A stretch of 64,000 nt of DNA, taken from NCBI GenBank assembly GCA_964658305.1, contig OZ210885.1, positions 20,150,001 to 20,214,000 of the forward strand. The letters run 5' to 3'. Under the pieces are notes generated by a model. The model saw only the letters and a program-made list of their open reading frames with translations. It did no database searches and had not been told where the DNA came from. The position numbers and the translations under genes were made by a program. Each line of letters opens with the position of its first letter. The first letter of the stretch is position 1. This document shows, piece after piece, positions 1-13,904 of the stretch. The DNA comes from Leptogorgia sarmentosa. Lineage: Eukaryota.

Positions 1-1810
1 TTTAATTTGTTCAAAATTATGGCTTTCTTTGTAGGTTTGAAAGAAGGATTTTATGCTGAACAAAAGACACGGTTTCCCTGTGAAGGACAATGCAAGATCA
101 CTATTACTTGTTAATATCATTTGCAATGTATAGTTTAACAAATAGTTAACATTTCGACCTTAATTTTTTAATCGTGTATTTTTAGTCAATGTGCTCTTTG
201 TTTAAATTCGATTATTAAAGTTGTTATATGTATTCATTCATTTTGTCTCACTCCATGTTCGTGTCGACTCTGATATCTGGTTTAGCGACTGAGAGCCACC
301 AGGTTCAACTGGTGTAGTCGTCATCAAACTGTGTGAATATTAAATGGCTCATTATATGATAAAAGTCAGGCTAATTTACATTGAACTGTTAATTTCAAAG
401 TTATTTGTGTAATTGTGTTCAACATACAGGGTAAACCCTGCATGGTAGAGCTGGTAAACTGCATATTATATCTACGTTTATAATAAGTTAAACCCGTCGA
501 TAGATAACAGGATTTGAAAGATACTATTCATAAACATGTATTCCCGAGATTCTGGATACCCTTGGGTTTCATTGCTGATTATTATAGCGAAAGAAGCTAG
601 AAAACTACGGACTTTACGCAGCTTTAAGCTGTTGTAAAATTTTTTGGATGGCACGGGATATTTAAAATATGGTGTGGAATAATTAATTCTGCCGACAATT
701 TGATTACAGCTAAGTTGGTGACATTTTATATCCATACTCCCCATCGAATTTCCTGTGGCAAAAAATATGGCATGTTACTTAGCAAGGGATGGCCACCATC
801 TTGAATCAGGCCTGGTCACTAAGCAAAGTCGAAAAAGTGAGCCCAAAATATTATTCTGCATGCTGGAACAGTCTTGCAAGGTATTTGCATGAACGAAACG
901 CATGTGAAAAACCTTTTGGTCAGGAATTTGCCCAACGGTCCAACACGAAGGGCTTTCTGCTCACAAGGTTCTTTCGTATTTTCCACTGTCAGTTCCTCGA
1001 AATTCTTGGGCACCTACATGTGAGTATTTTTATGCCTTTCCCGAAACTGTTGCGCTAAGGCGCTGCACAATAATTATGTAAAACACTACTGGCATTGCTT
1101 TTCATTGCAATATTACAAAAGCAGCTCGGTATCTTCAAAGAAGTAATCTGGAATAGCCATCGAAATCTGTCACCAGAAAGATACCAATCTCCCCCGTAGT
1201 GTGATAAACCATATTTATAATTTCCCAGAAGAACATGGTTTAGAAGAATGTGGTATGGAAGCATGCACTAATTTGTTTGGTTTTGCCACACAAAATGGAA
1301 ATTTAACACAATCAGCACAGAATAATAACATTAGGGACTAGAGAGAATCCATGCATAAAGGTTATATTACCATATTGTCATTGATATTTTATTTTTGATA
1401 CTTCTAATGGTAACAAAAAATCAATCACATATCCATATAGGCATTCCAGTTACAGCTGAACAACTACAAGAAGTAGCCCAAAACGAATTTAGGCAATAAA
1501 GAACACATGAAAGTTCATTTTACTATGTGAAGGGATATTTGCTGCAGAGCGAGTGAGCCTGAAGCAAGCGAGCGTAGCAGCAGCCTAATTTGTGCAGTAG
1601 GGCAAAAAAAGCAAATTTTTAGGGTCGTGTGGGGCATTGTGGTTCTGCGCAGTTGTATGCGCAATAGACATATTAAAAATGACTGGAGAACGTGATATTA
1701 CTTGTGTCTTTGAGAAACCAATCATATTGCATGTAACATCACGTTTTCCATATACCATAAAACTTGTGATAAAATGCTCTATTGTTCATAAATTTTCTGA
1801 TCACTCGCTA

Positions 1811-2470
1811 GGGCTATCTTTAAAACAAGGAACGGGGAATCGGGGAACCGGGGAATCGGGGATTCGGGGAATTAGGCGCATTTTGCCAAGTTTAAAAAGA
1901 AATTTTGTTTAATTTAATTTATTTAATTTAATTAATTTTATTATATATATTATTTAATTCTATTAATAGCAGTGATTATACGCGAAGCGGCACGATAAAA
2001 ATACAAAATTGCTTCACGCGAAATTCAGAAATTTCAAAAGTTTTACAATGATTACGACGGCGACTTTTACAACAATTACGATTTAATGGAAACCAGGCTT
2101 TACCGAACGAAGGTTGACGTTAGGGTACGCACTGGGACGGGACTGGGGTTAGGATCACAAACACTGTGTATTGGAAATGTGTCCGCATGTTCATATTGTT
2201 GAGTTATTTGAAACAATTTATAAGCTTTTATTTTTAATAAAAGAACGATAACATAAAACACAAACTATCTTTTAAGTGCCTTGATGTACAAATTGTACAA
2301 ACCATGCAACTTTACTAGATACGTTTGTTAGGCTTCCGTTCAGGAAATTGCATTGAAATTACACTAAGTTGCAGTGAAATCGCTAACAGAAATAAAACAA
2401 ATACAATTTACACCAGATTCCCCAATTCCCCGATTCCCCGATTCCCCGTTCCTTGTTTTAAAGATAGCCC
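1811..2470. mobile_element. Non-autonomous DNA transposon (MITE), ~55-bp TIRs, 8-bp TSD
   Basis: Left end GGGCTATCTTTAAAACAAGGAACGGGGAATCGGGG is the reverse complement of right end ...CCCCGATTCCCCGTTCCTTGTTTTAAAGATAGCCC; ACTCGCTA flanks both sides (1803-1810, 2471-2478). No coding capacity; superfamily unresolved. Confidence 0.9.
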
Positions 2471-2642
2471 ACTCGCTAGCGGCTACACATTCTGTTACTG
2501 TAAATTGTCAACCTGGTAAATTTTAGAAACAGAAGGAAAGCTTTTCACCTCTCGACGACATCGAAGCAAATAGTGATCTGTACATAGGGTTTCCGAGGTA
2601 TTTGGACAATCGGTTGAAGTAAAACGTCTGAAAGATTAAAGT

Positions 2643-2747
2643 AAATACACAACAACATAAACATTTTGATTCAACGTTTTGACTTTATTTGAATGAACGT
2701 TGAATCAAAATGTTTACGTTATTTGGAGGTAGCGTTGTTGTGTATTT
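2643..2747. repeat. Imperfect palindrome/hairpin
   Basis: TAAACATTTTGATTCAACGTT (2658-2678) pairs with AACGTTGAATCAAAATGTTTA (2696-2716); outer arms AAATACACAACAAC (2643-2656) / GTTGTTGTGTATTT (2734-2747). Confidence 0.8.
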
Positions 2748-3176
2748 CATGAAAATACTCAGTAGTTCCCCTAATTAAGGTAAATGTACGAGATTTCGAC
2801 GTCATTCTGTAAGTGTTTAACATACTGTTTAGCATTTCAATGATGCCTTAATTTGTATAAAGTGAAACTGAAAAGTTGGAAATTGCTTGTTGTTTGGCCT
2901 GATTTATTTATACTGTAATGTATTTTAATACACTATAAGCTATTAATATTCGCACATTTAATAATATATCATATTTATACAGGTTTTTTTAACTTGTTTC
3001 AGCAATATAGACTGCTGGTATCAACCAAGGACCTGTTACTGTCCACCGTCCACTAATTAATATATCCTAATGGTAATATATGAGATAATACTAAAAAAAA
3101 TTGAATAATTTAAAAGTTATAATAATACATTATTTACATGGATTAAGAATCAAAGTTAAAATCTTTGCAACTGGAC

Positions 3177-6174
3177 CTAAATCTTAAGATTTTCTGTCTT
3201 CAGTTCATTAAAAATAATTGCACCTTGATATACAAAAGTTTTCCGTCCAGTTTCGGTTCTAATATTTGGGAGAACGATGTTCATATTATTTGCACGTGTG
3301 CATTTACCGTGTGATACCTTTTTGAAATAATCTTCAAAAGCCTTTGTTGCTAAACCATTTAGACACTTAAAGACTGCAAGAGCACACGATCTGTTTCTGA
3401 CTGTGTTGACACTCGGCAACTGTACAGAATTTCGTTGGCCGTTTATTATTCTTCAAGCGCGATTTTGGATTGCCTCAAACTTTTCCTGGTTGGTCGTTGA
3501 TAGCTTTAGATAAACTGTGTTACAGTGCAACATGATTGGTAGGATCATCATTTTATAGACTATTTCCGCTGTTGATGGGCTGAGATTTTGTCTTATACGA
3601 TACAGAAGTTCAACTCCTGATGTAGCTTTCTTAAGTGTTTTCTGCAGGTGTTAAATGTAGTTTAAGTTCTCGTCCATCGTAACTCCGAGATATTCATACA
3701 CTTGCGATTGTACAACGTTGGTTCCTCCAACTTTTATTTCCATTGGTCTTGATTTGGAGGTTTTGTGATGAGTACCATATACAACACACTCTGTCTTTGA
3801 ACGCTTGAGATTCATTACCAGGTTATTTTGGACAAACCAATTAGAAATCAGTTCCATGTCATGGTTAAGTTGTTCTTCGATTTTTTCACAAGTTTTATCA
3901 GCAATTATATTACAGTATCATCAGCATACAGGATAATTTCACAGCACTTCAGGTAAAGATCAATATCATTAATTAAAAGTACAAACATCAACGGACCCAA
4001 AATTGAGCCCTGAGGCATGCTGCAAGAAATTGGCTGAACTAATGATTCTGCACCATCAAATGCAACAAATTGTGTTCTGTTAAAAAGGTAGTCTTCGAAC
4101 CACAGGAGTTCTTCATTTCTGATGCAGTAAATAGTCAATTTCGACAATAGTCGGGCATGGTCAACGGTATCGAAAGCCTTCCGCAAATCAACAAATACTG
4201 CAACTGTCATTAGGCCTTTATCCATATTTTTTCTTATAGAGTCCGAGAGTTTCGTTACTGCATGTTGAGTTGATGACTTAGTTCGAAAGCCAAATTGGTT
4301 TTTCGACAGGAGATCATTTTCTTCAAGATATGCATATAGTTGTTGATGGATGACATGCTCAAACACCTTGGAAAGCACAGGCAGGATAGAAATAGGTCTA
4401 TAATTGTCCAAAATTGATCTTTCTGCAGACTTATATCTTGGTGTAATTTTTGCACATTTGTCTGCAGATGGGAAAAGGGAATTTTCCAAGCATTTGTTGA
4501 TTAGGCTTGCTAGCGGCTTAGCCAATATATTGGCACCGTCTTTTATAAATGCTGTTGGAATTTCATCGTACCCCTGAGCCTTCTTTCTGTTCAATGTCTT
4601 AATGACATCCATGACCTCTTTGCTGCTAACCCTCTGGAATTTAAAAATGCAGTTTTGGGGATTTAGTTTCCGTTGAAAATTTGAATGATCATTGTTTATC
4701 CAGGCTATATTAGTAAACTTTGGTAGAACGTTTGAATGATCATGGTTTATCCAGGCTATATTAGTAAACTTTGGTAGAACATCCTGCAAATTTTCTCCAA
4801 CATTAGTGAAGAATTTGCAGAAGCCATTCGCTACCTCTTTTGCGTTCGACGTAGGTTTGCCATCAATGTTGAAGACTTTTGAGGAGGCTTCTCCCGATTG
4901 AGTAGATTTCTTAGTGGGAAAACACCTTTTTATCTGATTCCAGAACTTCCTTGGTGTGTTGATATTTTCTCTAAAGATCTGCCTCGTATAATTCGCTCTA
5001 CTCTGTCAGATTAATCATGTTACATTATTCCTGAGGCGACGATACGTTGACCAGTCGATCTCTTTGCCAGATTTCCTCACCTTTCTGAGATGGCAATCCT
5101 GTTCGTAGATCTTTGCTTTTATGTCGTTTGTAAGCCAAGGAATGTGTAGACCACATCTTGATTAATGGGGCATGATTATCTATCACAGATTTCAAAAGAC
5201 TCTTAAAAGTATCCCACGCCGTATTAATATTAGGCTCTTGCGCTACTTTTTCCCAGTCCACATTATTTAAGTCCCTCTTGTAATCAGCTTCATTATATTT
5301 TGCGAAGTTTCTCGTGTATATTGTTCTCGGTTTAAATTTATGACTGTTCTTCTTCATTATCATTCCTACGAGGTCATGGTCACTTATGGAATTTGCATAT
5401 GTCATTGTCTTTACGATGTTTTGTTCATGAGTGGTTGCTGTGATATCAATAAGTGTGCTGGAATCTTTAGTAATCCTAGAATAAAACACCCCACTCCACC
5501 ACCAGGGCTGGTGTTCCTATCGTTTCGGATAAATGTATAACCGTCTACTTTTACCTCCTCTTTCATGATGTCACTATTCAAGTGTGTTTCAGATATTCCG
5601 AATATATCGATTCTCCCCCTCGTCTCTAGCATGTGATCAACCATATCAATCTTATTTATTAGGCCATTGACATTTTAATGAAAGATCTTTAGACCTGTAG
5701 CCTGAAGAAACGTTTTTACACCATCGTACAGTGTATTAGGAATAGCAGGCTCGTTGTTTTTGTTTCCATTTGTATTCACACAGGCTAGACAATACAACGT
5801 CTCACAGCCATGGTCAACCACGTCTATTAGACATTTTAGATGGCATTTTCTTTCACAATGAGAGCACATTTCTGAAATTTGGTTTTTCCGTATCATCTTG
5901 TTACATCTGAAGCACTTTATATTCGGACCTGGACACAGTTCAACATCTCCAGCCAGGTCAACAACAGGCTTAAATCAGAATACGAGCTTCGGGTTAACTG
6001 AACACCTCTTTCTTTCTTATAAACCCACAATGAAGTTGTAATGTGAGAGCTACATACATCTGTAGCTTCTTCACAATTAAAAGAATAACAGACTGAATTA
6101 GAACTGCCAAAAGATTGTTTCTTAGCAGTAAATAAAACAAAAATCAAGAGCGCAATATTTACCACAACCGCCAT
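3177..6174 (-). pseudogene. LINE ORF2 (PHD-like finger + AP endonuclease + reverse transcriptase), frameshifted
   Basis: RT motifs YRPISILPVLSKVFE, QFGF, DLRKAFDTVDH, PQGSILGP, YADDT (3905-4789); endonuclease ISETHL, TLID, ISDH (5025-5644); CFRC..CSHC..CHLKC..CLAC finger (~5775-5915); several stops and frameshifts. Confidence 0.9.
4680..4780. repeat. 51-bp in-frame tandem duplication inside LINE ORF2
   Basis: Encodes VLPKFTNIAWIN(H/N)DHSN twice. Confidence 0.9.
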
Positions 6175-6813
6175 ATTGACGGTGCTTCCACTACTCGAAT
6201 TAACATTTGCGCATTGGCACTGTGGCTAGCTCGATAAAATTTGGCAATCCGCTTGTCCGACGCACAAGTGTACGACAAATACAATCAGTAGTTGAAGCGT
6301 ACAGAACAGTATTATTCATTAACACCAGATTTTGCTTCCTTTCAATTTGTCACTTGTAAACTGTTTTAACTCGGCGTAAGCCCTATGAAGGCCATGCTTT
6401 GGTGTTTATTAAAGTCTACATTTTTGTTTATATCGCCATCCTGAGATCTGTCATCTGGCCTTTTATACGAAATAGTATTTGCGATTTGTGTTGACATAAA
6501 AAATTCTACTTTAGCTGCTTTGAGGTTGTTTTGGCCGTAGTCATATGGTGCACTTTGTTGGTGTTTCTCCTTTGACCGCTTTGAAGTTGTCTTGGGTGTA
6601 TTAATAAATACCGACCAACATAGTTTTGGTGTGTTTGCACGCCTTGTGTTTTGGTGTGTTTGCACACCTCGTTTTCACCAACAATATTGCGATAAATTTA
6701 TATTGGTTGATCTTTATATTAAAACTGTTCAATGTTTGTTTTAGAGTTGCACATGATTGATTTTGTAATACATTTAATGGTGCATTTTTGACCATGGCTT
6801 GTCCATTCTCATA

Positions 6814-9800
6814 GGAAAACGCAATCGGACATCCGTCAAACCAAGGTGCTTCCGGAATTTCGCTACGAAGATCGATTTCCGAACGCCGAAGATAGTCCCG
6901 CGCGTTTCGCGTGTCAATTTAATTTGTGCGTGAATGCTTGCGTGTAAAACAATAAGAGCGAAGGAATCAGATAGCAATATTTTCACCAAACAGTCGGATT
7001 TTCTGCCTTAAATCGATACATGAGCAACTGGAATAGGTTAGGAATAGAATGGAGGTGTTATTTACTATATTTGTAAAAATTGAATGAAACTATTAGCCAC
7101 TATGCTATATACAATAAACTGCGTATAGTTATTAAATTTTGAACCTTCACTGGTAACTTTACGGCCTAACTAGAGGCTGGAAAAGCTGAAGTTATCTCAA
7201 ATGCATTCAATATGTCAGCTAACATGGGGAATAGAGGGGATTTTAATTTATTTTTGCTTTGTTCAGGCAAGAAATTTACAACAAAAGAAAATATTCTTGA
7301 AGAGTGGAAACACTCGTTCCCGCGAATTTTCAAATGCGCGAAATGTAAATGTAAACATTGACCTTTCGAATGTATGCAGTAGGAAACCTTTAGCTTGCAT
7401 TTGAATATTTTGTTTTCAAAACTGTTCTTTTAAGAACAACTATGCCAACAGAAAGCATAGATCTTCAGTCGATAACGTCCCTGTTCGACGTTCAGTTGTC
7501 GGATAGATCAGGACTTGTACGTGAGGTGCAAACTGCAGAAGAACTGTTGCGCCGATACGAACTGCTAACCACCACAAATTTTGCTTCTATCAAGCAAAAT
7601 AAAGGATTTGGAAACACCGGTAAGGTCTTCCAAACTGTATTCAAACCTGGAGGGGCTCGCCCTCTCCCAGTTCGAGGAGAACTGGGAGAGGGCGAGAACG
7701 GTGAAGAGCGAATAGGTGGAGCGAGAAGGGGGGAGGGAGCGAGAAGGGGGGAGGGAGGGAGGGCGGGTGTTGGGAGAACGAGGGGCAGGCAATGAGGAAG
7801 GATTGAGCAAGAAGTGGGATGGCAGTATTCAGTATGGTCCATAATTGATAATCATTACTTATCATTTTCATTGATAAAATATAGGTTATAAAATTTACAG
7901 CCACGAAACCGGACGTTGTTTAATAAACCATTGAATCACAAAGACGCTGATTAATTGAAATTGTTATAAAATTGGTTTGAACTTTGTAGATCCTAGACGT
8001 GAGAATCACAAAGTTATGTGGGAGGCAAGTTATTTGCCTTTTGACAAGGTGCCTTTCATTGTGGTTAATCACAGAGTCTATGACTGCCAGCACGGAGTCG
8101 ACAGACATCTGAGTGTTAAAAAAAGAAGCACTACGGTAAGCAAATTTTGTTCGTCTCACAAAATACTTGCAGATTAATAGTTCACCGCTACAGCATTTTA
8201 TTCGTAATAACCTTGTGTATACTATTTTTTTCCCGTCACAGGTCGGGGATCATTTTTTTAAAAGAGTTAAAAAGGGCAACATGGTGCAGGAATCTCGGAA
8301 ACTTAACTGCAAAGCACAAGTACATATGAGAGAGTACATTCAATTTCCAAGTTTTCAGGTACAAAAATAGATGCAAAGTGAATATTTAAAATAAGACTGT
8401 ATAGGCTATTGTACAACAGTATTATCGATGAATCGCCACATTAGAGGATTTTTCGGCTTATTATATTTTAATAGATTCCTGAAAAAACAGGATGGCGCTG
8501 TCAGACCCAATCCAAGAAATTGAGACAGTCCATCAAGGAAGGATTGATTGGAGAAAGGTGGATACATGTACAGTTGCCTTCTCTAGCAGAGCACGATGTG
8601 CATCCTACCGGAAGCGTATGTTCCTTTGAAGTTTTTTATTATATCAATATAATATATATAAACACAACATCGTGATATAATACCATTCTTTGTAATTAAC
8701 ATATCAAATCTTTGTTCGATAATTACATTGTGACATTAATTTTCACCTTCCTCTGTCCAGGACGGTGGTATACATCAACGTATTGACAAACAGCTTGTCT
8801 GTAAAATCGAAGAACTTGTGAATAGCGGAGCAAGGAATGTTAAAGAGATTAAAAGACACCTGAAGATCTTTGTAGAGAAAGAAATATACCGCGACAAACC
8901 AGTGCCACCAAGATCTAATCAACGATTTTATCCGTCCAAGACAACGATCCGAAGTCATATTTACAAAACTTTGGTAAAACAACGCTTTTCGATGTGTGAC
9001 CAAGAAAATCTGGAGAAGAAAGTCGAGGAATGGAGAAGTAAATGTCCCGGTGAAAAGTTCTTTTTCCGTCCTTATGTTAGCGAAGAATCAACTTGCCCCA
9101 TGGACGAAGAAGCTGACGATAACCAAGAAGAGGACGACAATATGGAGGATACCGACGACGAGAACGAAGTCACTTTGCCGACATCAAAGAATGGTTTGTT
9201 GTTCGTGCATCAAACGGATAATCAGCGACGGTTGCTTCTGAGATACGGCAATGAACTTAGTATGTTAGACGCTACCTACAAAACAACGAAATATAGTTTG
9301 GCCTTGTTCTTTCTGGTTGTGAAGACAAACGTCAACTACCAAATTGTTGCATCATTTGTGCTACAGAATGAAACTTCCGAGTCCATTGCAGAAGCCTTGA
9401 AAGTGATCTCTGATTGGAATGATTCGTGGAGTCCATCGTTCTTCATGGTCGACTACTCGGAAGAGGAAATGTCGGCGATAGCGTCTTTGTTTCCAGGTGT
9501 GCATGGTATACTTCGAAATTGGGATAAAGATATCTGGTCAAATGCGCAGTACAAATGGTTAAATTTTGTCAGAGATTAAAAAAGAAGATAATGAAGTATT
9601 ACTACTAAGAAGTGATAATAAAACTTTGTATTTATCATTGATTATGTAGAGTGCCAAGTTTATATATGTGACTTTCACAGAGAGCAAGCCTGGGAAAGAT
9701 GGCTAAGCAAGAACAGTAACGGTCTTGTTCCCAGCAAGCAAGTTATTTTAGGAAAACTTCGGGCGATTGCGAGAGCATGCACAGAGGACGAATATAAACG

Positions 9801-12800
9801 CAACGTAGTAGATCTGAAATCGCTTCCACAATGGAAAGAAAATTCGAAATTTAAAAACTGGATGGAAAAAACATGGTTACCAAAGTATAAGGTACAGTAC
9901 ATCAAAACATAATTGTACAGAAAGTAACATTCAATATTTTGATTATGAGAGAAACGTTAATTGACTTGTTTCAATTTGATTGCAATTCTAACGTCATCAG
10001 ACTAACACACTGAATTCTTTCTGCGTAATATGTACTCCTTTCCATCTTTTAACAATGGCACATATAATATGGTTTCAAATCTATAATCTATGTTCTGTCC
10101 CTAGAAATGGGTTTGGGCGTTTCGTAAAGATCGATTGTTGAGTATTATCAACACAAACAACGGCGTGGAGCGACAGAACAAAGCGTTTAAACATGAATAT
10201 CTAGAAGGTTACAAACACTCCACATTGAGCATCATGCTGACGATTTTGGTAGAAGAATTTCTTCCTGATCAGTATTTTAAGTACGTTCATTAAAAAGTTA
10301 AAATGTGATACATGGACCATGTGTGAATACATGGAGTGACAAAAGAATGCATATTTTCGTCTTAATACATATTGCCCCCCCCCCTCACCTCATCATGGGC
10401 GAATAATTGTTGAATAACCTAGTGATTCGACGCATCTTGTTGCCTAGGTACATAGAGATGAATACCAAATTGTTGAGTAGCTACCGAAGTTATAATAGAA
10501 AGATACCAACATTCCTGCACGAAAGGCCACACAGTATTATCAAACAATGTATGGAAAGGCGAGATGCATCTGGCGACATTCCACTTCAGCATGTTATTGC
10601 TGTAGATGACGAAAAAGGAGAATTCACAGTCAGGAGTCAACGAGATTCTACCAAATTGTACAGAGTCAAGTTTGGCACTGACACTAATCCAGCGATCCCA
10701 CCAAGCCGCGAGTGTTATGATTGGGAGAGGAACCGGCTTCCATGTAAGCACTTCTTCGCAGTTTTCACCCACATGCCAACTTGGTCATTTGAGAAACTGC
10801 CTGGTACATATAGGAACTCCCCTTTTTTAATAGTGGACGAACTTGTAAGTCATGCTCGTCAATACTCGATTAAAGGCGAAGATCGTCCGGACTGTCAGTT
10901 ACTTGACCTCAATACAGATGTTGTCGAAGACTCGACAGTAACAAGCCAATCAACAGTCCTTAACGATCTGCCGGAAAAGAAGAGAAACCACAGAACTGAA
11001 GCAGCTAAGAGTCGTGAAATTTTAGGGCAAATTAAGAATTTAACGTATGTTGCAGAGGGCTGGCAAGATGGTAAACTTCTTGAAAAGCTCAACAGGAAAT
11101 TGGAAAAGTGCTACCAGTTCCTTAAAGAATCTGCACCTAAGGAAAATGGTATCACCCTTGAGGTACCCCCACCAAAGAAACCTGCTGTCAAAACCCATTA
11201 CAACAGGCAATCGCCTCCAGCCACCAAAGCAATAACATACAAGAGACTTCCAACGGCACCTAAGAAGAATCCTTATTCAGGCAGATGTGGTGCAAAGGCA
11301 ATGACACTGAAGCGCAGTTATGTCTCGAGTTTACAAGCTATTGAAGAAAAGCCAGCGAAGATATCAAGAACAGAAAGTGATGTCATAACTGATGGTATTG
11401 CTGAAACAGATACAATAGCCGACACTCAGAAGGTTGAATTGACAACGACCAGTAGTGCTCCACTAGCTGAAGTTAATGTAATCACTGGTGATAACATTAT
11501 GAAACCAACAAGTCCAGCTGATGATGAGGTCGTGATAACCAGGAGCCTCCAGACAGACAAACCAAGAAGACGCAGCCAATTCAAATTGGGGGATGTCGAT
11601 ATACACACCATCATAACAGGAAAACAGTTGACTGACCACATTATCGGTATTGCGCATTCTGTATTGCACGAACAGTTTCCTGAGGCAGAAGGTTTGGAAA
11701 ACACAACTCTGGGTCCATGTTCCAACTTCACAGCACACAACGGGGAATTTTCGCAAATTCTCAACACAAGTAAAAATCATTGGGTATTGGTGTCCAACAT
11801 TGGTTCCACAGGTTCCTCAATTAACCTATATGACAGTATGTTTAAAGGACGCATTACATCTAACATAAAGAAACAGATTGCTGCTCTACTAATGGAGAAA
11901 GGGCCCACAATAACTGTGAACATACCACCTGTACAACAGCAATCAAATTGTGTGGATTGTGGTGTCTTTGCAATTGCATTTCTGGTCACGCTTTTGTTCA
12001 AACAAGATCCTGGAAAGATTACTTTCCGAGTGTGTGGCATGAGAGATCATCTACTTAGATGCCTGAAGCAGAGATCATTCCAGCCATTTCCTGTTGCAAA
12101 GCCAGCAAAGGTGAGAATTCAACATAACGCAAAGCCCAAATGTGTAAAGTTGTCATTGATGTGCAAGTGCCGGATGCCATGGATCTCACAGGATGCCCAA
12201 AACCCAGATCTATGGTGTGCTCAATGTGAATCTTGTTCTGAATGGTATCACAAGATATGTGTTCCAACCATGCCTGATGAAGTTTTCACAGTCAACAACA
12301 TGAAATGGTTCTGTCCAACATGTAAGCAGTGATCATGGTAACCTTGAACTGGATATCCTAAAGATGTAAAGGTCAATTATAACTGTAATGCTGTAAGTAA
12401 GTAAGTAAGTAGTATGTAAGGGGAGGTAGTCAATGAAATTGACAACAATCATATCAACACATCAAAGAATAAAACCATTGAAAAGGTAATAGAAACAGTT
12501 TGAAACAATGAAAAAAAAGGTGCAGACATTGGGATAACTATCATAAGAAAAGGAAGTTGGCCAGCTTGATCAAGTCAAAATATTTTCTTCACCCCTGCAA
12601 AATGCCTGAAATGCCATATGATAAAAAACGTATTATTTTAAAGTTTGTAGTTTACACCACATAATTTTATTATCGCAAAGCTTTCGATCCGTAAACCAGG
12701 ATCTTCATCAGTGCTAATAATATCTGATGATATTATTTCTACCAATATTATTTAAAAAATAAATTAATTAGTTGATTATTTTCATAATGTAAACTTTCAA

Positions 12801-13614
12801 AGAATTTATAAAAAACTTACTGATAAAGAATTTTAATTTGACTGTTTTGTCTGTACCATGCTTCTTGTTGAACTGCAGTAATGCCTCCAAGCATGCCTTG
12901 CTGTAACATATTTTGCAAATATTAGTGGTACAATCATGTAAATTGCAATGAATGAATGCACAAGTTGTTTGGGAACACAAATCAGCATGATGTGGTGGCT
13001 GGGGGAGTGAGAACATTAATATATTTGTGTTCTTTTGGTTTAAAACCACTGTTTCCAAAAGAAATTTATCAGGATTCAGGAGGAACACAAATAATATGAA
13101 TACCCTGATTACCCCCCCCCCCTAATTTCCCTAATTTCTCACTGTAGTTTCACTCCTGTCCCCTGGTAATGGCTGATCCCTGTACCCTCTTTACTCCATG
13201 TTGGAAGACACTTAGTAAAGACAACCAAGCACAATCATTACTGTTTATTAGTGTTTTTAAATTAATTTCAAAATATATAGGCACATTTTATAATAATAGA
13301 TATTTGTACGTACATTTTGCGTTGTGGTTATTTTATTTTCTCCAAGGTATTCCTCACGTTCTGTAAGAAGGCTAACATAAAAAGTTCCCGAGATAACCTA
13401 TAGTTCTATTCAATTCTTGAGGCAGAAAATCCGACTGTTTGGTGAAAATATTGCTATCTGATTCCTTCGCTCTTATTGTTTTACACGCAAGCATTCACGC
13501 ACAAATTAAATTGACACGCGAAACGCGCGGGACTATCTTCGGCGCTCGGAAATTGATCTTCGTAGCGGAATTCTGAAAGCACCTTGGTTTGACGGATGTC
13601 CGATTGCGTTTTCC
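6814..13614 (+). mobile_element. Mutator-like element (MULE), ~195-bp TIRs, 9-bp TSD
   Basis: TIRs GGAAAACGCAATCGGACATCCGTC... at 6814-7008 and 13420-13614 with few mismatches; TSD ATTCTCATA at 6805-6813 and 13615-13623; internal MULE transposase. Confidence 0.95.
7442..12332 (+). CDS. MULE transposase fusion (~1206 aa): CaRF-like N-terminus, DDE core, SWIM, Ulp1/C48-like protease, PHD finger
   Basis: Manual GT-AG splice: 7442-7619, 7990-8135, 8242-8358, 8475-8615, 8761-9496, 9650-9891, 10105-10280, 10448-12332 = 3621 nt, open. Motifs MLDATYKT, FMVDYSEEE, CDFHREQAW, TNNGVE; ECYDW..LPCKH; HWVLV..YDS..QQQSNCVDCGVF; CKC..CESCSEWYHKIC..WFCPTC. Confidence 0.88.
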
Positions 13615-13904
13615 ATTCTCATATCAGTTGATCAAAATGCTCAAAGATTTATGTGCTCTTTAACAAATTTACCACTGATTTTGCCTTGCACAACAAAGCT
13701 AGCCTAAAATGTTAACCGAACCAGCCAAACTGTATCAAATTATAGGTGATGGGAATTGAAACTGAGAACAGAACAAGGAAAAATTGAAGCTGAAGATAGA
13801 ATATACAGCCAAAATATGGGAAGTGATTTGGTTAACCCGAATACTAATTACGGAGAAGGACTACAGTCTCACAGGAACCTACCAACTCAAACTGTCTGAA
13901 ACCT

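Larger units (their letters stand above)
3050..6190 (-). mobile_element. Decayed APE-type non-LTR retrotransposon (CR1/L2 group)
   Basis: Domain order on minus strand: 2A-like motif, PHD-like finger, AP endonuclease, RT, C-terminal region. Boundaries approximate; no TSD found. Confidence 0.9.

Noticed and set aside
222..424. Possible solo LTR (TGTTA...CAACA)
   Set aside because: Flanks do not form a TSD and there is no partner LTR.
478..1264. Short ORFs at the window start
   Set aside because: No recognisable motifs or splice model; consistent with chance ORFs.
6362..6683. Possible BEL LTR (TGTT...AACA with AATAAA)
   Set aside because: No second copy, no matching TSD and no clear primer-binding site in the window.
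7492..7904. Pro-rich minus-strand ORFs
   Set aside because: Antisense readings of the G-rich intron of the MULE gene.
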